A DNA stretch of 55,236 nt from Gammaproteobacteria bacterium (GTDB lineage Bacteria; Pseudomonadota; Gammaproteobacteria; Burkholderiales; SG8-39), in assembly GCA_041499655.1 (NCBI GenBank), contig JBGQKQ010000003.1, positions 1 through 55,236 of the forward strand. Direction: 5' to 3'. Both the position numbers and the translations under genes were made by a program. Under the pieces are notes generated by a model. The model searched no databases and had not been told where the DNA came from. It worked only from the letters and a program-made list of their open reading frames with translations. Shown here in pieces: positions 21,547 to 30,055 of the stretch. Every line of letters begins with the position of its first letter. Within the stretch, counting starts at the first letter, position 1.

Positions 21547-22245
21547 TCAAAGGCCGGGGCGGACGGACACGTTCAATTCGTCGGAAGCGTGGCCGGTTTG
21601 GCCCCAGGCAGGGGTTTCTCCCCTGATTGCGCCGCAATAGGCGGGTTTCGCGGCTTTGATAGCACCGCAGTACGCAGCCTCGTCCCGCTTGACCGCGCCA
21701 CAGTAGGCCGCGCTCTCGGCGCGGATGGCTCCGCAATACGCCGCCTTTTCGGCCCGGATCGCCCCGCAGTACGCAGGCTCGTCCCGCTTGACCGCGCCAC
21801 AGTACGCCGCGTTCTCGGCGCGGATGGCTCCGCAATACGCCGCGCTTTCCGAACCGCCGAATTCCTGGCTGTACAGACGCCGCGTGGCCTCGGCTGCGCG
21901 CGCCTGATTTGCGGCGTCTTCGGCACCACGCATCCCGAAGTAGGGAAAATGGTGGAGGAAATAGCCGAACACCTTTTCGCAGTCCTCGGCGTACTTCAGC
22001 GTGTCCAGGATATGTCCATGCCAGAATTTGTCGACGTCCTTGCTCGGGGCTAGGGTTTCCTCGGGATGGGTTACGAACAAGGTCAGGAAACGCTTGTACG
22101 CCAGCTCCATCTGGTCGACGTGCGGGCGCGACCAGCCCTCGCCTTCCTCAGGGTCCATCAGCTTGAACTTGATGGGTTCGAGATCGAGCGCCCCAATCGC
22201 GGCGACCACTTGTTCAACGGGCCTGTCGGTCACTATCGCTTGCAT
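21547..22245 (-). CDS. GRDP/DUF1399-like domain protein with 7 C-terminal AYCGA repeats
   Basis: YKRFL, APSKDVDKFWHGHILDTLKY..DC..VFG.FLHHFPY; AGGAGG SD 7 nt before ATG; 11-aa repeats. Confidence 0.85.
   Translation of the reverse strand: MQAIVTDRPVEQVVAAIGALDLEPIKFKLMDPEEGEGWSRPHVDQMELAYKRFLTLFVTHPEETLAPSKDVDKFWHGHILDTLKYAEDCEKVFGYFLHHFPYFGMRGAEDAANQARAAEATRRLYSQEFGGSESAAYCGAIRAENAAYCGAVKRDEPAYCGAIRAEKAAYCGAIRAESAAYCGAVKRDEAAYCGAIKAAKPAYCGAIRGETPAWGQTGHASDELNVSVRPGL
21619..21849 (-). repeat. coding tandem repeat, 7 x 33 bp
   Basis: ESAAYCGAIRA/ENAAYCGAVKR/DEPAYCGAIRA/EKAAYCGAIRA/ESAAYCGAVKR/DEAAYCGAIKA/AKPAYCGAIRG. Confidence 0.97.
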
Positions 22246-22338
22246 GTTGTTTCCTCCTGTGAATTGAAATACCAGCCAGGACCAGATCGCTTGGATCCGT
22301 CCCGGTGAAGCGCCTGGGTTTTGATACGGGTATTCGGC

Positions 22339-22470
22339 CTAAGGCCAGGAAATGGAATCGAACGCTCCATGCCCTCCTTTCATGGCCGCGACCGCGAAGC
22401 GGGAACTCCGAGAGCCGGAGGGTGCCGCGCAGTATGCGGGGCGGTCGGCCGGTTGCGCCGCGCCGGGCAT
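22339..22470 (-). CDS. putative 43-aa small ORF with DRPAYCAA motif
   Basis: MPGAAQPADRPAYCAAPSGSRSSRFAVAAMKGGHGAFDSISWP*; no clear SD. Confidence 0.3.
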   Translation of the reverse strand: MPGAAQPADRPAYCAAPSGSRSSRFAVAAMKGGHGAFDSISWP

Positions 22471-22704
22471 CACCAGAAGGCGCAGCCCGACGGATATTGC
22501 ACTGCACCTAGCGGTATCTAATCAGGACTAGAGGGGAATTGCTGCCGGGGTAATCTGACAAGTCTTGTCCGTATAAACCCGACAACGGGATCGCGGGCAG
22601 GAATGCGTGATACCGCCGCCGGAGCGCCCCGGGGGAAACTAAGAGGCTGATTCCGCGGGAGAGGCCCCAACTCCGGCCGGATGCCGGAGCGCCCTGTGCT
22701 TCGA

Positions 22705-23133
22705 CTACGAGCCAGCGACGATCACCAGCTCGTTCTTGACCGATTTGACTCCCGGCACGCCGGCGGCGACCTTCGCGGCCTTGTCGCGGTTCTTCTTGTT
22801 GTCGGCGGTGCCGTAGAGAGTCACGACGCCGTCCGACGCCCCGGCGTCGATTGCGAGAAGCTTCAGGACCGGGTCGGCGCCCAGCGCAGACTTCACCTTG
22901 CCCGCGAGCACCTTGTTTTCGTCGACCGCGGGCTTTTCGGGCTCGACCGGCTTCGGCGCCACCACAGGCGCCTTTGCGATCTCGATCTTGCCTTCGGCGG
23001 GCGCCTGTGCCTGCGGCGCTGGCTGATCGGACTTCCACAGCGACTGGATCCAATCGCATCCCCCGAGACCGAGCACCGCCGCGGCCGTGGTGACGGCGGC
23101 CAGGGCGCCGCGCCCTTTCTTGATCGACTTCAT
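22705..23133 (-). CDS. BON-domain lipoprotein
   Basis: Lipobox LGGC; Pro/Ala-rich linker; VKSAL...GVVTLYG...VPGVKSVKNEL. Confidence 0.88.
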   Translation of the reverse strand: MKSIKKGRGALAAVTTAAAVLGLGGCDWIQSLWKSDQPAPQAQAPAEGKIEIAKAPVVAPKPVEPEKPAVDENKVLAGKVKSALGADPVLKLLAIDAGASDGVVTLYGTADNKKNRDKAAKVAAGVPGVKSVKNELVIVAGS

Positions 23134-23255
23134 GAGTCGCTCCATCGTGTTGGGGATAACCTTTCTCTGACACGACGACGCAGCGATAGTTTCAATGTCG
23201 CCGCGAACCGACACCTTCGCCGCGCTACACTTGCGCGACCCGAACGGACTCCACC

Positions 23256-24437
23256 ATGCCGGTCCCTTTCCACCTCGACCCGGACCTCGCCGCCATCCAC
23301 GCCGCGGAGTATCCGCGCTTTTCCGACGCCGAGATGGCGCGGCGGCGCGCGGCGCTCGCGCGCGTGATGGAGCAGGCGGGAGTGGACCATCTGCTCATGT
23401 GCGGCGAGCAGCGCGCGGGCACCGGGGTCGGCTGGCTCACCTCCTGGCCAACGACCGTCGAAGCGTACGTGATCGTCGCGCCCGGCGAGCCCCAGCTCAT
23501 GATTGTGGAGTGGTACAACCACTGGCCGCTCGCGAGAAAACTCGCACGCGACACCGAGGTACGCTGGGGCGAGCACTGCGGCTTCGACAAGGTCCTGTCC
23601 GATCTCAAGGCGCGCGGCGCGAAACGCATCGGCGTGATGGGCGCCCTCGCCTATGCGCGTTGCAGGAAGCTCGAAGCGTCCTTCGGACCGCTGGTGGACC
23701 TGAACCGCGAGTACGTGCGCTTGCGTTTGGTGAAATCGGCGGAGGAAATCCAGTGGATGAAGATCGGCGCGGCGCTCACCGACCTCGCGATCGAGGAGCT
23801 GCGGCGCGAAGCGCGGCCCGGGATGACCGAGCGCGAGCTCGGCGCGATCTGCGAGGCCGCCTACCATCCCCATGGCGGCGTGACCTACATCCACTACTTC
23901 CTCGCCACGCCGATGGCGAACCCCGAGTACTGCGTGCCGCGGCAACTCGCGTCCAGCCGCAAGATACGGCAGGGCGACGTCATCGCCACCGAGATCACCG
24001 CGCAGTTTTTCGACTACCCGGGACAGATCCTGCGCACCTTCACCGTCGCCGCCGAGCCGACGCCGCTTTTCCGCCGGCTCCACGAAACCGCCGAAGCCGC
24101 GTTCGACGCCGTCACGAGAGTCATCCGCCATGGCACCCCCATGGAGCAGATCCTCGACGCCGCACGCGTCATCGAGGACGCGGGCTTCACTGTATACGAC
24201 GACCTCATGCATGGCTTCGGCGGCGGCTACTTCCCTCCGGTGCTGGGAACGAGGAGCCGCCCCGCGGGACCGCTGCCGGAAATAACCCTCGAGGCGGGAA
24301 TGACCTGCGTCGTGCAGCCGAATGTCATCACGCCCGATCAGAAAGCGGGAGTGCAGGTCGGTGAGCTGGTGCTCGTGACCGAGACCGGATTCGAGAGAAT
24401 GCACCGGGCGGAGCGGGGCTTGTTCAGGATCGAGTAA
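23256..24437 (+). CDS. M24 (Xaa-Pro peptidase/creatinase) fold protein
   Basis: Creatinase-like N-domain; RLVKSAEEI, PGMTEREL, HGFG, LEAGM. Confidence 0.85.
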   Translation: MPVPFHLDPDLAAIHAAEYPRFSDAEMARRRAALARVMEQAGVDHLLMCGEQRAGTGVGWLTSWPTTVEAYVIVAPGEPQLMIVEWYNHWPLARKLARDTEVRWGEHCGFDKVLSDLKARGAKRIGVMGALAYARCRKLEASFGPLVDLNREYVRLRLVKSAEEIQWMKIGAALTDLAIEELRREARPGMTERELGAICEAAYHPHGGVTYIHYFLATPMANPEYCVPRQLASSRKIRQGDVIATEITAQFFDYPGQILRTFTVAAEPTPLFRRLHETAEAAFDAVTRVIRHGTPMEQILDAARVIEDAGFTVYDDLMHGFGGGYFPPVLGTRSRPAGPLPEITLEAGMTCVVQPNVITPDQKAGVQVGELVLVTETGFERMHRAERGLFRIE

Positions 24438-24472
24438 CCTAATGGACCTTCGTTTGCACTGAGACCGCCACC

Positions 24473-24982
24473 ATGAAGCTGACCGCCATCACCGTCGCCG
24501 CCGTCGCGGCTTTCGCATCGAGCTCGCCGGCAACCGCGGCCGAGGTCGCCGGAGTCTTCAGCCAGGGCCGCACCAGCCTCGCCATTATGGGCGGCACCGG
24601 CTATGCGTTCAGTGAGTCTTACCTGGTCCTTGGAGTAGGCGTGGGCTACTACGTGCTCGACGGACTCGCCCTCGGCCTGTCTGCCGAATCGTGGTCCGGG
24701 TCGAGCCCCGGACTGTATAAGCTCACGCCCTCGGTGCAGTACGTCTTTCACCAGATCCCGAAGCTGAACCCGTACATTGGCGTGTTCTATCGGCGCACCT
24801 ATGTAAGTGGCATGTCGGACATCAACTCCGTGGGCGGACGCGCCGGCGTCTACCTGGCTGCCGGGCGCAGCGCCTACATCGGGCTCGGAGCAGTTTATGA
24901 GTCCTACATCGACTGCAACAAGGCCCTCTACAGTTCGTGCAGCGACACCTATCCCGAGGTGAGCTTCATGATTTCGTTTTAG
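24473..24982 (+). CDS. small outer-membrane beta-barrel-like protein
   Basis: Signal peptide; alternating aromatic/Gly strands (GYYVLDGL, NPYIG); C-terminal Phe. Confidence 0.65.
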   Translation: MKLTAITVAAVAAFASSSPATAAEVAGVFSQGRTSLAIMGGTGYAFSESYLVLGVGVGYYVLDGLALGLSAESWSGSSPGLYKLTPSVQYVFHQIPKLNPYIGVFYRRTYVSGMSDINSVGGRAGVYLAAGRSAYIGLGAVYESYIDCNKALYSSCSDTYPEVSFMISF

Positions 24983-25032
24983 CCGCTATCCGGGCAGATG
25001 GGACTCTCCATTTCTTGGCGGCCACCCGCGCC

Positions 25033-25545
25033 GTGAAGGACGCGAAAGACGGCCAGCCTCCCGCCCGCGAGGCATCGCCCGAGCCGCCGGAGGTCGAGGT
25101 GGTGATCGAGGTTCCGCGTGGCAGCTTTCTGAAACGCGGGTCCACGGGCCATGTCGACTTCGTCTCGCCCCTGCCGTGCCCGTTCAACTACGGCTCGGTG
25201 CCGATTTACCTGGGACTCGAGGGCGATTTGCTCGACGCGTTGGTGCTCGGGCCGCGGCTGCCTCTTGGCACCCGGATACGGGTCAAAGCGTGGGGAGCCG
25301 TGACTTTCACCGACCGCGGCATGAGCGACGACAAGCTCGTTTGCAGCGACTGGCCTCCGAGTCCTACGGAGCGCCGCAACGTGCTGCGATTTTTCCGCTT
25401 CTATGCGAAGTGCAAGGGGCTGCTGAATGTCTGGCGACGCCGCCCGGGACGCAACGCATGCGAGGGCTGGTGCGGGGCCGCTCAGGCGATCGCTCGCGCC
25501 CGACCGCGAGGCGACAGCTGGCGGGGGCCGCCGGTCGACTTCTGA
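25033..25545 (+). CDS. inorganic diphosphatase family I-like protein (divergent)
   Basis: VVIEVPRGS, PFNYGSVP, EGDLLDALVLG, DRGMSDDKLV; start approximate. Confidence 0.75.
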   Translation: MKDAKDGQPPAREASPEPPEVEVVIEVPRGSFLKRGSTGHVDFVSPLPCPFNYGSVPIYLGLEGDLLDALVLGPRLPLGTRIRVKAWGAVTFTDRGMSDDKLVCSDWPPSPTERRNVLRFFRFYAKCKGLLNVWRRRPGRNACEGWCGAAQAIARARPRGDSWRGPPVDF

Positions 25546-25590
25546 CCGAAGGGAATCAGGGGGTTGGCCCCTTTCAATTCAAACGCCCAA

Positions 25591-25920
25591 CTAGCGGATC
25601 TTTATCGCCTTCCCGTAGCAGGTCAAGGCCTCCGACCCTCCGAACCAACCCCTGTCCCCATAGCAATCGACGTTGGTCAATCCATTCGCGTCGAGGGATG
25701 CGGCCTTGTCCTTCAGCGCCGCGATGCCGTCGTCGCGGGACGAGTAAGTCGGCACCCAGGAAGCCGTTCGCCAGGAATTCACCCAGACCCGAGATACGGT
25801 TTCGTACTCGCCTTGCCTGAGCTCGGCCGGGCTGTAGATTTTGACGTCCTCGGCCTTGGTGGTCGCGCAGGCGGAGAGGATGGCGGCCGAAACGGCCACG
25901 GCCAGCGAAGTGATTTTCAT
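25591..25920 (-). CDS. small lipoprotein (YbjQ/RcsF-like fold)
   Basis: Lipobox LSAC; LKDKAASLDANG...C...CYGKAIK. Confidence 0.7.
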   Translation of the reverse strand: MKITSLAVAVSAAILSACATTKAEDVKIYSPAELRQGEYETVSRVWVNSWRTASWVPTYSSRDDGIAALKDKAASLDANGLTNVDCYGDRGWFGGSEALTCYGKAIKIR

Positions 25921-25968
25921 GAATCCCGCACCATCGGTTTCAAGCGGACGATTATATGCCCGCGAGCC

Positions 25969-26637
25969 TCATTTTGCCGGGCGCAGCCCCTTTTGCGTCA
26001 GGACGTAGGTCCGGTCGGCCGTCTTCGCTGCCGCCGAGGAGTGCGTCACGAGTATCCCCGCGGCACCTTCCCCTTTCACGCATTCGCGCAGCAGGGCAAG
26101 CACGTCGTGCGCACTGTCGGGATCGAGGTTGCCGGTCGGCTCGTCGGCGAACACCAGGCGCGGCCTGTGCACCAGTGCGCGCGCGATCGCGACGCGTTGC
26201 ATCTCTCCCCCGGAAAGTTCGCGCGGCAGGCTCTCGCCTCGATCGCCGAGCTTCACCGCAGCGAGGAGCGACGCGACGCGCTCGAGCATCGTCTTGTTCC
26301 CGGCGCCGTTCAGCGCAAGCGGAAGAGCGACGTTCTGCGCCACGGTCAGGTACGGAAGGATGTGGAACGCCTGGAACACGAATCCCATGTGCTTGCGGCG
26401 TATGCGGGTCGCCTCGTCGTCGCCGAGCGCGGACAGCTCGACGCCGTCGAGGAGCACTTGCCCCGAGTCGGGCCGGTCGAGCCCCGCGATGAGGTTGAGG
26501 AGCGTCGACTTGCCGATTCCGGACTCGCCCATCACCGCGACGTAGTCCCCGGCAGCGAGTTCGAAGCTGATGTCCTGCAGCACGGTCTTCGCGCGCGGGC
26601 CCGAGAAGGACTTCGAGAGGTTTCTGACCGACAGCAC
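25969..26637 (-). CDS. LolD/MacB-type ABC ATP-binding protein
   Basis: GESGIGKS, GFVFQAFHILP, LSGGEMQRVAIARAL, ADEPTGNLD. Confidence 0.95.
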   Translation of the reverse strand: MLSVRNLSKSFSGPRAKTVLQDISFELAAGDYVAVMGESGIGKSTLLNLIAGLDRPDSGQVLLDGVELSALGDDEATRIRRKHMGFVFQAFHILPYLTVAQNVALPLALNGAGNKTMLERVASLLAAVKLGDRGESLPRELSGGEMQRVAIARALVHRPRLVFADEPTGNLDPDSAHDVLALLRECVKGEGAAGILVTHSSAAAKTADRTYVLTQKGLRPAK

Positions 26638-26687
26638 GCGGGCGAGATTACTTGTGCGGCGGCTTCAGCGCAAGATGACCGACGGGC

Positions 26688-27389
26688 TCACACGCCGAGA
26701 TAGCGGTGCCGCATCTCGCGGTTTCCCTCGAGTTCGGGCGACGCGCCGCTCCAGACCACGCGGCCCTTCTCAATGACGTAATGCCGGTCGGCGATGCGCA
26801 TCAGAGCCCTGAGGTCCTTGTCGATGATGAGGATCGAGAGGCCCGAGGCCTTGAGGCTTTCGATGGCCCGGTAGATCTCGATGCAGATCAGCGGCGCGAG
26901 GCCCTCGGTGGCTTCGTCGAGGATCAGCAGGCGCGGGTTGGTCATGAGCGCCCGGCCGATGGCGAGCATCTGCTGCTCGCCTCCGGAGAGTTGGCTGCCG
27001 AGATGCCTGCTGCGCTCGGCAAGCTGCGGGAAGAGCCCGAACACCCGCGCGAGCGTCCAGGGTTCCCCGCCCGCCGATCGCCTTGCGGTCGCCACGAGGT
27101 TCTCGCGCACCGTGAGGTTGGGAAACACCTGGCGTCCCTCGGGCACGAGGCCGAGCCCCGCCTGCGCCACGCGGTACGAAGGCAGGCCCTGCAGCGCCTT
27201 GCCTCCGAACCGGACGGTCCCCGCCCGGGTGCGCACCATGCCCATGATCGAGCGCACGGTGGTGGTCTTGCCCATGCCGTTGCGCCCAAGCAAGGTCGCC
27301 ACCTCGCCGCCGCCGACGGCGAGGGATACGCCAAACAGCACCTGGCCGAGCCCGTAGGCCGTCTCGAGCCCTTCCACTTCGAGATTCAT
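26688..27389 (-). CDS. livF: branched-chain amino acid-type ABC ATPase
   Basis: GRNGMGKTT, VPEGRQVF, LSGGEQQMLAIGRAL. Confidence 0.92.
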   Translation of the reverse strand: MNLEVEGLETAYGLGQVLFGVSLAVGGGEVATLLGRNGMGKTTTVRSIMGMVRTRAGTVRFGGKALQGLPSYRVAQAGLGLVPEGRQVFPNLTVRENLVATARRSAGGEPWTLARVFGLFPQLAERSRHLGSQLSGGEQQMLAIGRALMTNPRLLILDEATEGLAPLICIEIYRAIESLKASGLSILIIDKDLRALMRIADRHYVIEKGRVVWSGASPELEGNREMRHRYLGV

Positions 27390-28141
27390 GCGGACACCTC
27401 TTCGCCCAGGTAGGCGCGCCGCACCTCGGGATTCGCGCGGATCTCCTGCGGCGTGCCTGTGGCGATGATGCGGCCGTAGACCAGCACCGAGACACGGTCG
27501 GCGAGCGAGAACACGGCATCCATGTCGTGCTCGACCAGGATGATCGTCTTGCCCCCCTTGAGGGTGGAGAGGAAAGCGATCATGCGCTGCGTTTCTTCGG
27601 CGCCCATGCCCGCGACCGGCTCGTCGAGGAGCATCAGCCGCGGGCGCACCGCGAGCGCCATGGCGATCTCGAGCCGGCGCTGCTCGCCGTGCGCGAGATT
27701 CGCCGCCGGGACGCCTGCCCGCGCACTCAGCCCGAGCTCCTCGAGAATCGCCTGCGCAGGCGCGTGCAGCGCGGCATCTTGCCGCGCGGGCCTCCAGAAC
27801 CGGAAGCTGTGCCCCGCGTGGGCCTGAACCGCAAGCATCACGTTCTCGAGCGTCGAGAAATCGGGGTAGATGCTGGTGATCTGGAACGAGCGCGCCAGGC
27901 CTTTCCGCGACCGCGCGGGAGCCGAGAGGGTCGTGATGTCCTCGCCGGCAAAGCGCACCTCGCCGCGGTCCGAACGAAGCTCGCCCGCGAGCTGGCCGAT
28001 GAGCGTCGTCTTGCCGGCGCCGTTCGGGCCGATGATCGCGTGCGTCTCGCCTTCGCGCACCGCCAGATCGATGCCGTCGCTCGCGCGCAGCGCGCCGAAG
28101 CTCTTGGTGAGGCCGCGGATCTCGAGGATATTGCTACTCAT
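27386..28141 (-). CDS. livG: branched-chain amino acid-type ABC ATPase
   Basis: GPNGAGKTT, ARSFQ, LLDEP, VEHDM, VRRAYLG. Confidence 0.92.
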   Translation of the reverse strand: MSSNILEIRGLTKSFGALRASDGIDLAVREGETHAIIGPNGAGKTTLIGQLAGELRSDRGEVRFAGEDITTLSAPARSRKGLARSFQITSIYPDFSTLENVMLAVQAHAGHSFRFWRPARQDAALHAPAQAILEELGLSARAGVPAANLAHGEQRRLEIAMALAVRPRLMLLDEPVAGMGAEETQRMIAFLSTLKGGKTIILVEHDMDAVFSLADRVSVLVYGRIIATGTPQEIRANPEVRRAYLGEEVSA

Positions 28142-29070
28142 TTTTTTTCAGGGATCAGGCCGGCCAGCCCACGCCTGAAGAACACCACCGAGAGCACCAG
28201 CAGGGGCCCGAGAATGATTTGCCAGTGCTGCGTCCAGCCGGAGAGCAGGTCCTCGAGGACGAGGAGCGCGAACGCGCCGAGCACCGGCCCGGCGACGCTC
28301 CCCATGCCGCCGAGGATCACCATGAACATCAGCTCGCCCGAGCGAGTCCAGTTCATGAATTCCGGTGTGAGGTAGGCGGTGTGGTTGACGAGCAGCGCCC
28401 CGGCAAGCCCGCATACCGCTCCCGCGATCACGAAAGCCGCGAGGCGGTACGGATAGGGCGAAACACCGATAGCGCGCGTGCGCGTCTCGTTGGACCTCGC
28501 GGCGCGGATCACCATGCCGAAGCGCGAGTTCACAAGGCGGTGCCCGAGGAATAGCACCACTACGAGAACGGCGAGCACCAGATAGTAGAACACGTTGGCG
28601 TCGTTCAGATCGACTCCCGGGAACCGGCTCTTCGCGGCAAGCCGCATGCCGTCGTCGCCGCCGAATTCCTCGATCGAGATGCCGAGGTAGTACAGCATCT
28701 GCGTGAAGGCGAGCGTGATCATGATGAAGTAGACGCCGCTGGTGCGGATCGACACGGCCCCGATCACCAGCGCCACCAGCGCCGAGGCCCCGATCGCGAG
28801 CCCCCATTGCAGGAATCCGTCGACCACGCCGTAGTGCGCGAGCACCCCGACCGCATACCCGCCGACGCCGAGGTAGGCCGCGTGCCCGAAGGAGACCATG
28901 CCGCCGTAACCGAGGATCAGATTCAGGCTCGCGGCCGCGATCGCGAAGATCATGATGCGGCGGACGAGATCCAGATAGAAAGGCTGGTTGAAGAGCGACG
29001 CGACCGGCGGCACCGCCGCGAGAAGCAGCAGGCCCAGGGCGAGTGCCAGGACGCGGCTGCGGGAACTCAC
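28138..29070 (-). CDS. livM: branched-chain amino acid-type ABC permease
   Basis: LNLILGYGGMVSFGHAAY, YFIMITLAF, MVILGG; GTG start. Confidence 0.9.
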   Translation of the reverse strand: MSSRSRVLALALGLLLLAAVPPVASLFNQPFYLDLVRRIMIFAIAAASLNLILGYGGMVSFGHAAYLGVGGYAVGVLAHYGVVDGFLQWGLAIGASALVALVIGAVSIRTSGVYFIMITLAFTQMLYYLGISIEEFGGDDGMRLAAKSRFPGVDLNDANVFYYLVLAVLVVVLFLGHRLVNSRFGMVIRAARSNETRTRAIGVSPYPYRLAAFVIAGAVCGLAGALLVNHTAYLTPEFMNWTRSGELMFMVILGGMGSVAGPVLGAFALLVLEDLLSGWTQHWQIILGPLLVLSVVFFRRGLAGLIPEKK

Positions 29071-29987
29071 AGGCGCGCGGGAAACAGGCCCTGCGGCTTG
29101 AGTGCGAGCACCGCGGCCATCAGCAGGTAGATGAGCATGGAGGCGAGCGCCGGGCCCGCCGCGTCGGCGGCCGTGGGCGAGATCACCGTCGCGAGCGTGG
29201 GCTTCAGGAACGCGCGGCCTAGCGTGTCGACCATGCCGACGATCAGCGCGCCGGCGAGCGCGCCGCGGATCGAGCCGATTCCCCCGATCACGATCACCAC
29301 GAAGACCTCGATCAGGATCAGCTCGCCCATCCCCGGCTGCACCACGTAGATCGGTCCTGCCATCAGTCCCGCGAGCCCGGCGAGCGCGGCGCCGAACCCG
29401 AACACGAGCGTATACAGAAGCCGGATGTTGACGCCGAGCGCCGCCACCATGGCGCGGTTGGAGGCCCCCGCGCGGATCAGCATGCCCAGGCGTGTGTGCG
29501 CGACCACGAACCACAGGATGCCCGCGACGGCGAGACCGACCGCGATGATCACGAGGCGATAAAGCGGATAGCGAAGCCCCGGCAGCAGCTCGACGTGCCC
29601 GGTCAGGTACTCGGGGATGTTCGTGTACAGGGCGGCGCGGCCCCAGAGCATCGCCACGAGCTCGTTGAAGAAGAGGATCAGGCCGAAGGTGGCGAGCACC
29701 TGGTCGAGATGATCGCGCTCGTACAGGGTTCGCAACGCCACCAGCTCGACGGCCACTCCCACGGCCAGAGTCCCCGCCAGGCCGAGCAGTACTCCGAGCC
29801 AGTACGATCCCGTGACCTGGGTGAAGTACGTAGCGAGGTAGGCCCCTACCATGTAGAAGGAACCGTGCGCGAGATTCACCAGGTTCATGATGCCGAAGAC
29901 GAGCGTGAGCCCCGCCGCCATGAGGAACAGCATCACGCCCAGCTGGAGCCCGTTCAGCGTCTGCTCGAAGACGAGAATGAGGTTCAC
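29067..29987 (-). CDS. livH: branched-chain amino acid-type ABC permease
   Basis: GLTLVFGIMNLVNLAHG, VIGGIGS, KPQGLF. Confidence 0.92.
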   Translation of the reverse strand: MNLILVFEQTLNGLQLGVMLFLMAAGLTLVFGIMNLVNLAHGSFYMVGAYLATYFTQVTGSYWLGVLLGLAGTLAVGVAVELVALRTLYERDHLDQVLATFGLILFFNELVAMLWGRAALYTNIPEYLTGHVELLPGLRYPLYRLVIIAVGLAVAGILWFVVAHTRLGMLIRAGASNRAMVAALGVNIRLLYTLVFGFGAALAGLAGLMAGPIYVVQPGMGELILIEVFVVIVIGGIGSIRGALAGALIVGMVDTLGRAFLKPTLATVISPTAADAAGPALASMLIYLLMAAVLALKPQGLFPARL

Positions 29988-29997
29988 GGGGAGACCA

Positions 29998-30028
29998 ACG
30001 AAAAGGGGCGCGGACTAGTCCGCGCCCC
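29998..30028 (-). terminator. intercistronic stem-loop/terminator after the SBP gene
   Basis: 24-bp perfect palindrome GGGGCGCGGACTAGTCCGCGCCCC followed by TTTTCGT on the - strand. Confidence 0.7.
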
Positions 30029-30055
30029 GTTGCTTCGATGCGACGCAGGTGGAAG

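Noticed and set aside
21619-21849. 33-bp periodic repeat as a CRISPR array
   Set aside because: No unique spacers, in-frame units with third-position variation, and no cas genes
21443-22053. Alternative-frame repetitive ORFs (21443-21835 -, 21541-22053 +, 21725-21907 +)
   Set aside because: Shadows of the coding repeat; codon variation is synonymous at the core only in the 21547-22245 frame, which has the SD and the recognisable domain
22233-22380. ORF MERSIPFPGL... after AAAGGAGG on the - strand
   Set aside because: SD only 2-3 nt from the ATG, overlaps the main gene start, and has no recognisable motif
22618-22694. 12-bp direct repeat GCCGGAGCGCCC
   Set aside because: Plausible by chance in GC-rich DNA; no associated mobile element
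17760-25935. TCCCGCA near both ends of the putative inserted block as a target-site duplication
   Set aside because: Only 7 bp, GC-rich, and boundaries are undefined
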